Source: Tubulanus polymorphus (taxonomy: Eukaryota > Animalia > Nemertea). Taken from it: 64,000 nucleotides of DNA. Shown in pieces: positions 24,201 through 39,200 of the stretch. A program made the position numbers and the translations under genes. The notes beneath the pieces were generated by a model, which was given only the letters and a program-made list of their open reading frames with translations, ran no database searches and was not told the DNA's origin. Location: assembly GCF_964204645.1 (NCBI RefSeq), contig NC_134025.1, positions 24,780,299 to 24,844,298 of the forward strand, read 5' to 3'. How positions within the stretch are numbered: position 1 is the stretch's first letter; the number at the start of each line of letters is the position of its first letter.

Positions 24201-27200
24201 CCTTCTTAATTCTACAAGACAAATTGCAAACAGATCGATGTTAATAATGCTCGCCCGCGTATCAGCGATATCAATGCGCCTTCGATCGTGGATAACATTA
24301 GCAATCACGAAAAGACAAAATTCGGTGACTTTTATGACCCGACATAATTTAATGCTTTATAAAATCATCAATATTTTTTCATACCACAAGGCTGCCACTA
24401 ATTCTCCACTTCACTCTCAAAACATTTATTTGCTAAGACGTATTTAAAAACAAGAACTACGTGAGTCAAATCAACACCTTCCACAGCGCTATGGCAAACC
24501 GCATACATGTGTTTTTTGAACGGGAAACAAACAGTAAAAAAGTAAACCAGTAGTGTTGCGGTGTCTGAATCGTAAATAAAGCAGGTGCCGCTATCCTACC
24601 TCCCAGCACCACACCTAAATTCCCCCCAATCGTTCAGTCTTCTTACACAGGATTAGTCCTGACAGATTTGATACAAGCCCTCGGCTAGGAAATGATGAGT
24701 TAAGATCCTAAAATTCCACCAATGTTTGCGCTGTATTCAATTTTTTCCACTCAGTAGTGAAAAGTTAACCGAGCACAAGGAATCAATGCTTGTACCCTCA
24801 AGACACTATACAGTCTCCATTGCTCTTAAAGATTTTGCTTCCCTAAATCTTCCCTAAAGATATCATAAGCCGTGGTTAGGATTCTTTTGTATGTAATGGT
24901 AGAAACAAAGGAATCAAGAAATGCAAAGTTCAGCATTAAGGTAATTAAAGAGATACCATGGTGACGGAATACGCATTTATCAGAATTGCTGAATTGATAT
25001 CATCGAGTGATTAATATCCTTTATCAAACAAAGCATGATCCATCATCATCATCATTGAATTTTATAACATTCAATCGTCTTTTAAGTCTTTTAATGATGC
25101 GGATAAGAATTATCTCATAACTCAAAACATCATCTGCATCAGCTGCAAGGAATGAGCACAACTGAAGACATAAGAAATACGAGACCAGTGAGAACTCTAC
25201 CACCAACGGCCTATCCAAGAACATTTTTGGCTAAAGCGCTAAAATCAAATACTTACAAAAATGGTTCGAATTTCGTGGCAATTTTTCCGAGTATTCGACA
25301 ACAAGATAACCGGGACTGCACTGACTGAGACAGCTGACCCTTCGCAACAGCCTTTGAGAGCACCTAAAATGAGATACACGCCAACATTTTATTGACAATT
25401 TCTAGGTTTTAAGGGAAAATATTAATCAATTTACCACGGGATCGACTAAAATCAATATTGAACGTCAGAATGCTTCATCTATTTGAAACAGTGGGGCTTT
25501 AAAGATATATGTATATTGATCAGGATCTGATAAAAATAGTTTTCAGTCTTTTTATTCAATGGGGAATTTACTCAAATAAACAAGATTAGACCAGTAATTC
25601 CCTAGAAATTTCAGATGAAATCGACCATTTACCACGGTCAACTAGCTTATTCAAGGCCCCGTGAGAGGATGATCTTTTGCGAGATTTTGCAAAATTTTGT
25701 AATCAACTTATCAACTTAGCAGCTTAGTCTTGAGTTTTGATCGCATGTGTCCTTGAGCTGAAGAGTTGCATGCTAGGTTGAAAATTGTTGGCACATTAGG
25801 CACCGGGGAGATATAAATGAGATGTAAACCAAAATTCATGTCGAGATAAAGCCTTTGGAAAGTTCTATTGGTTATCAATCATAATATCTCACGGCTCTCA
25901 TGACAGACATAGCTTAGGCCTATATCTACAAATCCGCACATATCTGTATCTGATTTTGATGGCTTCGGCGTTAACTACACTTCATAATTCGAATCGAATC
26001 AAATCTTGATGATATCGTAGTTGAACTCGGCAAGATGCTATGAATAGTTTATAAGCCGCAAACCACGCTCTGACAGAAGAGCTTGCATTTAAGATAATAC
26101 GAAAGCCTATGTAAATATGCAATATACCGGTTAAAATCAAATTCCTATATTTGAAACCGTTTCAGTGAAAACCGGCGAATTATGAGCGAGATAAGATACA
26201 CATTCCAAAGTGCCCAAATAAACTGAACCGATTATAGTAAAATAATTGACAGAAAGGATCTATGGTTCCACCAAGATAGATCGAAAATCAGTATGTTAAA
26301 GGGGCTACATTCATAATTAAGTTAATGACATCATGGCTGCTGAAGTAGCAAGGCTTCACAATCCCGCAAAAAAATACAGAAAATTTAAGCTTAATTTTGG
26401 TGGAATCTTCTATTTTTCACATTCACTCATTATATTTCGAAGCACTTATCATCATTGATAGAATTTTGACATCGATTCCGGGAAGGGCAGAAGATATTTC
26501 ATAAGGGGTGGCTGATTTTCAGAGGGGTGGCTGGCCCTGTAAAACTGTTCTGGGGAACACCGAGATCGAAAAAATATACGCCGTTCTGTCCGTCTGGCTG
26601 AAATGCTAATGATCGTCTTTTTAAATTTATCTGTAGCATTTCCCGTGGTGGTATCTCATGAAGCGAGACATGAAAGAAATTAAAATGGGCATTACGATGA
26701 ATATCAACTCACACCGCTAGTGTGTGTGTGTGTCGGGGCTATGACTAAGCATTTCAGCAGCAGGTAATAAATAAAATCACGGCATCTGAACACATATTCA
26801 GGGGTCTCTCGTGAGATGAAACGTAACAAGCCAGCGAAGCAAGCAACATCAGAAGATATGTTGCAGCTTACAAGACTAAAAGATCATGAACCCATGAGAC
26901 CCTGCATATACTACAACTGTCTACATATTTCTAAACAAAACCTAGATCTTTCTTTACTCGAGAATTGGACCAAGTTGCAAATTAAAAAAGAAAAAACATA
27001 AAATTGTTTTTGATAATCCGGTTAGTGAAATTATAAGGGTTGATTTTAGTTATTTCTCAGGACTCACATCTCTCTTGATGATATCTTTAGGTAATAATTC
27101 TATAACATCAAGCAGTGTATCTAACCAGGCTCCAGCCACTTCTGCAAATATAAAAGGATGGAAAATTTCAAAATTAGATCACACAATATTCTCATTATGT

Positions 27201-30200
27201 CATTTTCAAAATGGCTTTTGAAATATCAAAGGTACAACGTTGCCGATGGGAACAAATAACCTTTTTAGAGCTTCGTTGAAAAAATAGTTTATTAAAAGCA
27301 AACATTCTGTGATAACACAGTAATTACAACAGCGAGCTAAGTAAACAAGATAAAACAGTGAAGTCAATTTTAGATGTAATTGCAAATGAGAAGGAATAGT
27401 TAATAGCCTAATTCATAAACCTATAATTGTTATACCCAGCAAGTCAATGGTTTCAAAATAAGGAACAATAATCTTTCATGCATGGACTGCCACCAAATAC
27501 CCCAGCAATGGGATAGGGACTGGTGGATTATTTGCTCATACGTTCAATTATGATAGTTATACCATTCATAAAACGACCAATTACATGATTACCCTTGATA
27601 ATTCCATCCATGACCGCAAGAGACCGAGGTCTCCATCAAGGGCGATATTCATTAATATGATGATGATGATAATTTACTTTTATGGAGTGATGACTCAAGT
27701 ACAGGAAATCATCGCAAAAATCTAATACTATCGAATTATAATCAATTAGAATAGTTTTATCGGGTATCACTACGATTAACCTCCAAACTAAGCATGATAG
27801 GTCTCGGTACGATACACAATATCCATGTAAGATGAATATACAAGAGGAATCCCACAATAATTCATTAGCCATCATCAGGCGTACTGACATGCCTGATGAT
27901 GGCTAATAGTCTTTAGCCGAAATGTTGCTCAAGTACACTTCTAATCATGAACTTTATATCTTTGGAGAAATCATTGTGGGATTTCTGTTGCGTAATCAGA
28001 CTTTTTATCCCGATCAAAATAGGAAGTGTCTTGATACAATTTTCTCATAGAAAACGAACAGTTAAATATAGAACCAGCCTTTCAGCAATGAATTATTACA
28101 AAGTAACCCTCGATGATATTAGCAACTGAAATGATTTCAAGATTCCGAATCCATAGAGCGATGCAATTGATCTCGATCTTGAAATGTTATCCAGGTGAAA
28201 AACAAGTCAGGAATCTGGAACATTATCATCGAAAGACCCTGGATGCAATGATAAGTTTTCACATAAACTTAGTCATTCAACTATAAGTAGTAACTGTTCA
28301 TATTATTAGATTTTCTTCTATTTTTATAGAGCTGCAGAAAACAGGCCATCGTCGATATAATCAACACAAAGATACATTTATAACATTCATGCTGATTGCA
28401 TTATTGCTTGCCGCTAAATCAACATTCCAATATGATTCAAAGTTGTTGCTAGTGCTCAGTGCATCAGAATATATTCATTAACTTCTTAAGTACAAAACCA
28501 ATTAAACTTTTTAAGCCCAAAACAAATCAAACTGACACATTTCTGATTCCCAAATTGTTCCAAAGTTGGCTCTGCTTTTTTCACACCGAACACAATCAAT
28601 TGGAAATAATCAGTTAGTAGTGATTTTTGACATGAGCTGTCCCCTTTGTTCGATGTCATTAGGCCATTTTAATTGGAAATATGAGCATCTATAGGACGGT
28701 TCAGTCGTCAGTGATTGATATAAATGAGCTGGGAAGCAACAAGCAGGAGATCAGGAGTTGCGGCGGTATCTGTCGCGTTGCAGCCCGACATAAGCTAGCC
28801 TCAAGGCATTCTAACATTTCAATTTTTAATTTTTCAGACGTTACTCAATTACTGCATTAGTGTCAGTTTCGACGACAAAGAAACTTTTCCGTCTTCATGA
28901 AAAGATCATGAGAATGTCGAATGAACGTGTAAAACATTGGAATGTAACGATTCGATGTCAGAGCACACTACGACAGAATTCCCTACAGGATATTAAACGC
29001 AGAAAGCGATTTTTTTATTCATTCTCAGAGCCATATTGAATGGCCCATGTAAACCAATCGAAGTGGTGGCCTGGACGCTGAACCAAACTGATTAATGTTG
29101 ACAGCGGAAAGCAATATGAGCTGCCAGAAAGCGACTTATTCCAGGCAACAGGTGACCTTTTGTAGTGGCATTTGTTCATAAACAAGCTTTTGTTTGCGGT
29201 TGTACAACTGAACAAGTCGATAATTGTCTTGGTTAGAATTCAGACTGAAGACATCTATTTATAAATGAACCAAACGAAAATGTTGCGTTTGAAAAGTTGA
29301 GCTGGGAATGGTCTTACCATCCATAGGATATAATAGCCCGGAACAACTGTTCACACTAGTGCCAAATGGCTGACACCTGACGTTGTACCATGCCCGAACC
29401 AAGTTTTATCATGGGGCAAATTATTGCCTGTGAATTGTTTAGTATCGAGTGAGTGATTTACGTGCGAACGCGCTCTCTAATCAGGAACGGGCCAAATTTG
29501 AACAGGGCCTGTTGCGTGCCAATTTGGCCCGTGCGAAATCGTCTCCGTGTGATCGCGACGATTTTCTAGATCAAGCTGGTTGATATGGTCATTATCTCGA
29601 GTATTGTCATCCACTAGGTGAAAAACAAATTCCAATTGTTCTCTCTTCAACAAAATGATTGGGCCAAAAAAATAATGGATATGTTCAATAAATTGGGCAA
29701 AGTGGTTTACCTTGACAATAGGAAGGTTAACTAAAAACGAAATCCTATTCTCTCGACATACAGACTGAATATAAGTAAATCTAATAATATCGAACACGGT
29801 TTATTATTGATATTTTATCTCAGCCGATACATCACCGCCACTCTCTCATCCCATAATTCACTTTTCCCATGGGACTGCGGCAGAAATTTGACAGTATCGC
29901 CGTTCATCAACGTTCGCTCGATCCAAACTCAGATAAAAATTAGGATTTAAAAATGTTGCGTCCTCGGATATAGGAGCGTGATCAATTGAGCACGAAGCCA
30001 GTTTCAGAAATTATGTTCCTAACCAAATCAACCTTCGAAATGGTCAGTGAGCCATAACAGTGACATTCTCAATAGATCAGATGCAAATATCGAAAATTGA
30101 AAGTATCGATCTTTGTCTACGAGGCGGAATCCACAATAATGATGTCTGCAAAACAAACAACGCGGGCTTCTATACCTTCCTACTAGTTTAAACTCCAGGA

Positions 30201-33200
30201 TCGGTTCACTTCAATTCCCATAAAGTCGATATCAGGGACTGGTGACCGGCGAGTGGAATACAACTTACCAGGGTCTCCGCTGTCGACGCTGTTTAAAATA
30301 GTTTCGAGGAAAGTTGTCGTGTAGTTCTGTATCGGCACGAGGTCGTTTTGTAATATCTGCAAGAACGCGCTGCTTGCAGCGATTTGCATTTCAGCCTGGG
30401 CCAAGTGCAGCACCTCCTGAAATGATACACGAAATAATCATTAATATCGTTATTGCAGCAAATAAGGCAGAAAAGCGGACAAAATGTCTATGGAAAAGAG
30501 GGAAAGAAAATTAGGTATATAACAGTTTTTCAGACAGCACCCACCGCGCCTGTAAATGATATATAAACATAACAAAACATGATACATTCTGAACTCCGTC
30601 TAGGAATGTTGCTAATTTTTCAATCACCGATTATAAGTTAAAGGTCGTTACTAACTTCGAGCAATCCCAGATCACGTTTGTTCACTGATAAATGTCTAAG
30701 CTTTCTCACCAACAGTTTTTGCATTTCGAAATTATGTGTAACTTAATTCATTGTTGATTGACATAATTCGAAAATGAAAAGCTACGAAGACCAGACCAAA
30801 AAAGAAATCAGAAATAGATAATTTTTGTAGGCTATACATAGCCACCAAAACACACGTTGTAAGCACTAGTTATCAGAGCTAACCTTGGAAAAAAGATTGT
30901 AACTTTCCTACAAACACTCTAGAATTCAATACAAAAGACGGCTTACCTCGGCAACCATTCTAAGCGAAATGATGAAAACTGTTGCAAAATATGCGAAAAT
31001 AGTCGCAAAAAATTACGAAATGTGAAGTCATCGATGTCCCACCTTAATAATATTGATGTATAACGCATACTGTTGCACAGATTACAACAATATTATTGGA
31101 TAGACAGCTGTTCTTACAATTCAATCAATATATCAATAATTCAATGATTATTTAAATATACGGATGCATATTTTGAAAAACACGCTGGCAATTTCATCGA
31201 TGAAACCAGATAGATGATCCTTTTTATGGAACGAAATTCAGAATAATCTAAGATAGCTGCCAGGCAGACAAAATTATACCAATCGTCCGGACGTGCCTAT
31301 ACGTTTTAAGTATATGGACAATGTTGATTTTCAATATAATAAAAGCTGATGTTTATCAGCTGTCTAAACCGATATAATCATGTTCTATTATCACAGTATC
31401 AACAATGACGTAGAAAATTATGCCGATGTACAAAAAAACTTCCAGACGCTTATAGTCCTAATAAGGCACAAAACTCAGTCATGTTGTAATGAAATAGTGA
31501 ACCCGTAATAGAACTTGAGTTTGTGTCTAATCATGAAAACTTTCCTATTACGACTTTATTTGGTTGAAAGATAGACAATGGGATTTTCAGTTGAATAAAC
31601 GATGTTATTAAGTGCCAGTCTATAATCATCTTTCTTAAGCAATCCGTAACTTTCCATCTTTACCTACCCAGAATTGCGGGGGTGGTGGAGATCTTTCGCG
31701 GGTTTCAATATTGTACGTGTCAGCATCGTCGGATCCTGCGCTGTGCTCCAGCGCTGGAGTACGCGGGCGAACGTCCGGTTCGTAAACGTAAAACGAACTC
31801 GATTCGTGTCTCGTCAATTCATCGTCGTAATATCGATTTTCTTGATCCCGATACGAAACCTGATTATCTAGTCCTCCGAACTCACTCGCCACAGGTCGAT
31901 TCTCGTTATAAATTTCACTGTAATACGCGACTCGGTGAGAAAACCGACTACGCATGTTTTTACGCGGCGTTTTTTCCTCCTCCATTACGGCCGAATGTTT
32001 CCCGACAACATTACTCGAATCCGCCGGTATTCGGTTCTCTTTTTCTCGCTCCGATGAAGATGACGATCCTGAATCATCCTCTACGTCCTCCTCAGCGAGG
32101 ACAGGCATCTGATAACGATGCATTATTGCCGTACATCCGCGAAACATCTCGAATCATAAATCCTTTGTCGCGAGAAAATCCAGTTTTCTTTATCCGGTCA
32201 CAAAATCCAGCTATCCATACATGTACAGAACATAATTAATACCCGCATGAAACAGAATATCTAATGATACTACTGCTGATGTAGTAAATATGAACTACTA
32301 CAAACCGACTGAATGAATTGATGATTTAGGTCACTTCGGTCACACTTTCAGGAAATTGAGTAAACCACGCGCAAGTCCTAATTCTGAGTATTAAGATTCC
32401 TGAAGGTTCATGTGTCACTATTCAAACCATATAGGCAGGCTACACACTGTTGTGCTACATAGATTCTTGCTGTATAAGTATTGAATTACACAGAAATTTA
32501 CCAATTAAATTCAATTCTCCTAAAACCCCCCTGTATCAAACCTGATGTTGACCAAGGCAGTTATGTGTAACATGCTTATACCAAACCGGGTAACAGCTGT
32601 TGAATATCACAGGTCCTTTTCAATGCATTTGGTCCATTCATAGTCCACACTTCAGTCGCATATTCTACCTGCAAATGTTTTAGTTGCCAGACACTTTGTG
32701 CGTGCATGTGCGAGCGCGTGTCTGTTGATCTACAGTTGTTTTTTCCAGGGCCTGCGAACCCTCTCGACAACCGAAAACGTCTTTTTTATGATATGAATTC
32801 TTTTCATTTGAAAATAGAATCATGCGTAATCCACCGCAAGTCGGTTCTTGTTACCACGGGTGCTGAGTCATTCCACTCCGGTGTGTCCTCTATCAAAAGT
32901 CGTAGTGCCCTCTCCTCTATCAAGTCGAAATCGTTGAACTTTTGTTGTCAACTATCGACTGCTGTGCTCTTCAACATATGAAAGTACAGTTAACAATAAC
33001 AACATCCACACTCAGAGATCTAAGACCGTATTCGAAAACCCACCACAAAGTTGATATATTTGGCAGAATTGTCAAAGCCAGACACATTGAATAACGAAAC
33101 TAATTTGTATATCCATCAATGGTCAAATGACCGATTTATCGAGATGAAAAGTTGATCCTTAAAAGACTGCTTGCTCTCGATGGATCTGCTCAGTACAACA

Positions 33201-36200
33201 CCTATTCTCCTCCCGCGAAGAAAATCCACGCTAGACTATAGAAAACCTGCATGAATCATAGTCACAAGAAATAGTATAATACTTGCTCAGTGTATGTGAG
33301 CGAGTGAACGAACACCACTTTTGATTTTATAATCAGCCAACACTGCACAGGTATGCAAGATAATATACATGTATTCTGTGTTCCAGATGTGTCGATCAAC
33401 CAATGATACAGCCCTTTCTCACTTGCCAAGTTGGCACCGAAAGATAGATTTCTTTATTTTCCGCTGAACTCGATGTACATGCACATGATCAGTTAGAAGT
33501 GAATGACACTGACAGTGACTTGATGGAAAGTTCTGACATGAAACGTCTATATTTACACCCATTTCGTATTTATAAACCCAATGAGAAATACGCTTTTCGA
33601 AGAAAGCGATAAAACTTCAATCAGCAAACATTTGTTTTTTTTTTCACTTATGTAGGAAAATGGTAATTCTTAGATTGTTTACGCGTCTTTTTACACCCTA
33701 GGCACTACATGTGTATGATACAAAACATATAAGAAACGTCATCAGACACAATAGGAATCAATATGGATCTAGATGCCATTTTCCCGATGCCTACACCTCA
33801 AATAAATTGAAAGTGATTTCCATGAAAACGTTTTCATCATAATTTGACATTTTTCATACAGTAAAGGTGGGGTCTACTGGAGCGTTTTACTGTTTTATCA
33901 ATTCAACAATTGATGCTATAACTAAAATTATTCGTAAAGGAACATATGATGTACATGTATATATGGAAAACTGATTGAATCTCCCCAAGGCCCGGATACA
34001 TAAAACTTCATACGGAATGGTACCAAAGTGGATATAAAGCGCGGATATAAAATTCTGGTATTTTTAAGATATGTCATTATCTCTGTGTCAATGAGTCTCC
34101 AGCAAATGTACACCGGAATTCGACGCAGATCCGACACGCGGGATGGATCAATACAGAATCAACAGGGCTTTGTCGATCTGTCGAAATTACACAGTTTACT
34201 CCGCGCAACTGACTTAATAATCTTACATGCTGTCGTCTGTACAGACAAGTAATCAAAATGCCGGTCATTCCCCTACTATCAGCATCATTCACATCATCAT
34301 TATCTTTTATATATATCCATATATATGTGCGATAGAATCAGCAATCTCAACTAACACCTACCCGATATCAAGAAATGGAGGAACGAGAAGAGGGTGGATA
34401 TCTTATCCCCAGCCAGACATCATTTTGAAAGGTCAGGTTACTGAGACAACTGCAAATAATCTCACAGAGGCAAACGACGATCGCGGAGGCAAACGACCTC
34501 TACAAAATACAAAGCCTTTGACTCCGTATTTTTCAATTTATCATGAACCGTACAGATTATGTTCGGTCGTTTGATCATGGTCGTATATCGAAAATGTCGT
34601 CTAGAAGATTATATTTTGTCTCGTCTCTCAGAGGAGATCGGTATTGAGTTACCCTTCTGTTGATCCTGCAGTTGACACTTTCTATACCATTATTTCCCGA
34701 ATACCGGCAGCCTTTCAAAACTGAGAATCACCAGAATAAAGGGAACACAGCCTGTATCGGCTCTTACCTTTGAAGAAGGCAATAAAAAATCCAGATCTTA
34801 AAAGTATTCCTACTGCACAGGCAAGCCGAGGGGAGAATGTACAGAAAAAACTAAGCCGAACATGATTCAACAAACTACGTGATATGATGATCAAAAAGCT
34901 GTAATCAGCAATAACTTGGAAATACTTGGTAACTATATATATATCGGGCTGATTTAGCCAGGTGGTAAAGCTAGGTAACAGCGGGTTTGCATTTCCATTA
35001 TCCGCAGACGTGTAAACCTAATCAAACATACATCTATAGAGTCTGAGACTTTAATCTAATTGAATTATACGGCATATCCACTGGACATTTTCGATACAAT
35101 GAATTCTTATTTTCACGTTTTTCATATATATTTACTTTTGAGTACGAAATGTAACAAACATTCAACGTGTAATCTGTCCACGCACGTTATCAATAATCAA
35201 ACACAAATACCTTAGTAAACTTCGAAGAGGTTATAACAGTGTGAACAATATATCATAAAACTCAATTGCCCCAAAAATGGTAGCAATTTTCAAACGAATA
35301 GAAATTGCAATGAGTTGACTAAAAATATAATTCGATAACTAGTTAACATATTTTCACATAGGTCGTGAAATGGTTGATGTATGATGCAAAATACAGTGTA
35401 CTCCTATGCAAGTTTGTTATGCTACAACAAAAATTACCGAAAGCAAAGCAAAACAGCATGAAACGAGAAGAAAAGAAAATGCTGAAACAGACTGTTAAAG
35501 AACAGACACACGAATATATACCGGTACCGGGATGAGAAAACCACGAACATCGCTGTACGGCTGTGTTTTACAATCCTGAAACTCGTGGGAGCATAAAAAC
35601 CATGATTTATCAGAAATCCAAACCACAAATTGGTTTTCCATTCATCATTCAGTAGACCTATCTAACCCCCACAAATCTCAGCAGTCAACAGCATAAAGAA
35701 GTCAAATCGCAAACGAAAAAGATCTCAACCTTTCGCTCTATACGAATTCAGATTTCCAATTCAAATTTAACCACTCATTAATTTCATTTAATTGTGCCTC
35801 CCAATACAGGACTTTCAATATTATCTAGTAACATGAATATATGGTGAAAATGATCTAAATTACATTCCAGCTTCTAGCGATGATTCATTCAGATGAAGAT
35901 TCAGATACCGAGGATCTGAACGACGGATACATATATGACAGACAAACAGCATTTCACGTTTCACGAAAATCCGCCAATTATTGGCAAATACCGCTGAAAC
36001 ACATAGCGTATGTTGCTATCTGGAGATAATTTTTCGCAAATAATACTGCTAATGGACAATAGCTCAAGCGGAAACTGTAATAAGTGGAATTAACGAGTTT
36101 ATTTGTCACGACGGCGAAGCTACTTATATGTCAATTTCTCAGTGAATGTCAAGGGGCCGAATATTAGCACTGTGTATATACGAGTGGTACATTAGTAAAA

Positions 36201-39200
36201 AGCACTCGTACCTATTTCTATGATAAAACTTGTTGCTTGACGATGACATCGATGGCTTCATATCTACACTTTATATTGAACTGTCTCTTGGTAATCAGTT
36301 CGTAGCTTTCATTCAAACGCAGCAATATACCAGAAAATACTATTACTATTTTTCTACTTTTTTTGCGGCAGAGCCTACGAACAGCAACTGGATTCCAAGG
36401 GACTGACTTGGCCAGTTGTAGTGACATGAGCGCATCTACCAACTGCAAGTGACCAAAAAGTCACCTGTCGCTTATGCTCTACTGTTGGCAACTTCGATTA
36501 GCGACTGGTGCCGAGGAGTAAAGATTCAAATCCTGCCCGTGCTATTTTCAAACACTGATTTTCTATGCAGTTTTCTTTTAATGTTATTGTTTTCTAATGT
36601 GTTTTATTGCGATCTATGCTACTTACACGAAGCCGAGTTGAAATTTAGATGAGTTTTGCAAAGGAAACTTTTTTCTGAGTAGGACACTGGACGATCGGAA
36701 GGAACTACAAGGTGTTTTTATTTTTTATTCACCTATTGAGATTTTTTGATATTCATATGGCCTATAGCCGTAAATCATTCGAATGATCAATGACTGCACT
36801 TAGTGATAATTGCCGTGACTAGCCACTGATCACACGTGGTCGCTTGTAATCATCAGCACTCCCATCATTATATTTGGATAAGAGCCTATGGAAAATACTT
36901 TTTAAAGAATACGGTTTGTCTGGGTCATCAGGCCGTTCTTTAATATATAAAGAGAGGGCTGTTGCAACTAATGAATGGGAATTATCGGTAACACTTACTC
37001 TGACTTTCGGCACGACCCGTCGCATGCATTCCTCATTGTTATCGCGTAATAGGTCTGGCAGATTGCTGATGACACTAATTCGTTGAACATCCTGTCCGGA
37101 ACTGAAACGGTTAATAAAAATTACCATGAATTAATCATCTTAATTATAGTTGCTGCGGATTTTTATTTACGCTTTTTAAACAATTCATCATAAATCATTG
37201 TATATACTGTAAAGCTATGTGTGAATATACGCTTGGTTTGACAGTGGTTTCGAAAGTGTATTTCGAGAGCAAAATCACCACCGAATCCAAATATGAAATA
37301 TCATTGAAATATACATAAAACCACTTTGTATCTGCTCGTGATGAAACAATACGTATTGCCTTACATAATTGATTAACCGTGTTTCAACTTATATTGAACT
37401 AAAACTGATGAAAACCAAACTGCGGAATTGATTTCCATCATATTCTACAACATCAGTGCAGTGAACTGCATTGAACACAGTTTTAAATTCAAGCGTTTTT
37501 CAATATTTTTAAAAGCCATACGAAGCAAAAAGTATTTATTGATTTCAATGTTTGATAGGTAATTTAGAAATGAGGGCGGATCCTTCCAAATAATCTTTCA
37601 TCTTTTCAAATTCACGATGAAGCGAAATACTTCGAACGAGTCCTTCCGCCGGGTTTTTGATAGAATAAACATTTGCACCCATGAATATATCGAAGAATTC
37701 ATCAACTGATGGAATCCCGCGGTGAAGAATGAAGAATTCAATTTCATAGAGGAAGCACTAGCGACCCACGACGACGTAGACTCCGTGTCTGCGACTGTGG
37801 ATAAATCGAATAGGAAAAGAACACCGAGCGTCCTAAAGCAATTAAGACAGAATTAACATCGGACGCCCGGCGCCAAACACAAATCTTCTGAGATGCAAGA
37901 CTAATCGTAATGTCCTGCGCGCTACTGATAAACAAGGTCATGTTTCATATCGATTGAACAATATTTGATAAGTCTGCAATAGATATATCGATGGAACCCA
38001 TCCCTACGTATAAGTCTTAATAACCATCAGTAGCCCTTCAATATTTTCAGCTTATGCGTTCATAAATCGACTGATTGGTCATGTTGCGTTCAATCAGGAT
38101 ACTATGACCTAACTGAACTATGTGCAAGTGACAGGATTAATGTTGTTATACCAGTCTAATAGCGTCCTTAGAGCATTCGTCCACTACAGTAAACCATCAG
38201 AAATAAAAAGGGTTACCCCTTTCAAAGCTCTAAGGCATTTTATAGGCGATAATCTTGCTCAAAACTGATATCAGACTTCGTCTGACCATGCTGTTTGTCT
38301 GATAAATACACGCCATTACGCGGATATCTTATCCCTAATTGAACTCTACTCAACAATTCATCTTCATGCCAGATATTCATAGAAACTGATTCATAAATAG
38401 AACACGCCTTTCACGTTGCATTCAAATTTCAAGATGCGATGACAAAAAATGAATATGAGCGAAGAGATAGATTTCATAAAGCATCATTACGTGCGATGGT
38501 GATTCAAGTACTTTCTTGTATATTTCAAATCTTTCAAGTATTTGCCATTGGCTTCAAATTCTAAAAGACTAATTGAAGCAACGTGACAACTTTCCCAACC
38601 CAAGTTGAGAAAAAATGTTACTTGTAGATTTATTCTGATAAGACTAGCAAAATGTGTGGATGAAATATCAAAATTTATCAAGGCGTCTTCAACATTTACC
38701 TTGAAATCAATATGAATTTGTAAAAAGTGCTGATTTCAGCGATCAACTAGCCAGTTATTGGTCTGCTGATATATCTAAAAGGTTGATATATACCAAATAT
38801 TGAGACAATCCATTGAAGCATCTTCAAAACTTCTGTCTATGGACAGACAGGAGTAAACACATTTAACCTGCTGGGATGTAGGTCCCAGGGAGGCTAAAAT
38901 AAGGATACATGAAATGAATGAGATTAGATGTGATGCGTTCCAAATTATCCAGTAGTTGACACGATGACAGGTCAAAAACCAATAGGGTTCCCCCATCCCC
39001 AATTCCAAAAAAATTACATCCCCTGGTGGTTCAGTTTGTATATTACGTGCAAGGATGTTTGCCACATAGCTATTTTAAAGAACAAAGATGGCTGCCAGTC
39101 AGCCATCTTAAAGGTGGAACCTCGAAAATTATCGGGGTTGACTCCAAATGTGAAAAATATGTATGCCTTTGGCAAGTAAGGATAAAATCAAAGTCCATAC

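Noticed and set aside
28875-28902. Second hammerhead-like motif on the minus strand (ATGAAGACG...CGTCGAAAC)
   Set aside because: The core lacks the invariant C of CUGA and stems I/III are absent.
32581-32708. Further PPP4R4 alternative first exons (here, about 27594-27652 and about 41777-41971)
   Set aside because: Weak donors, no in-frame ATG, or ATGs in all three phases, so any phase match is uninformative.
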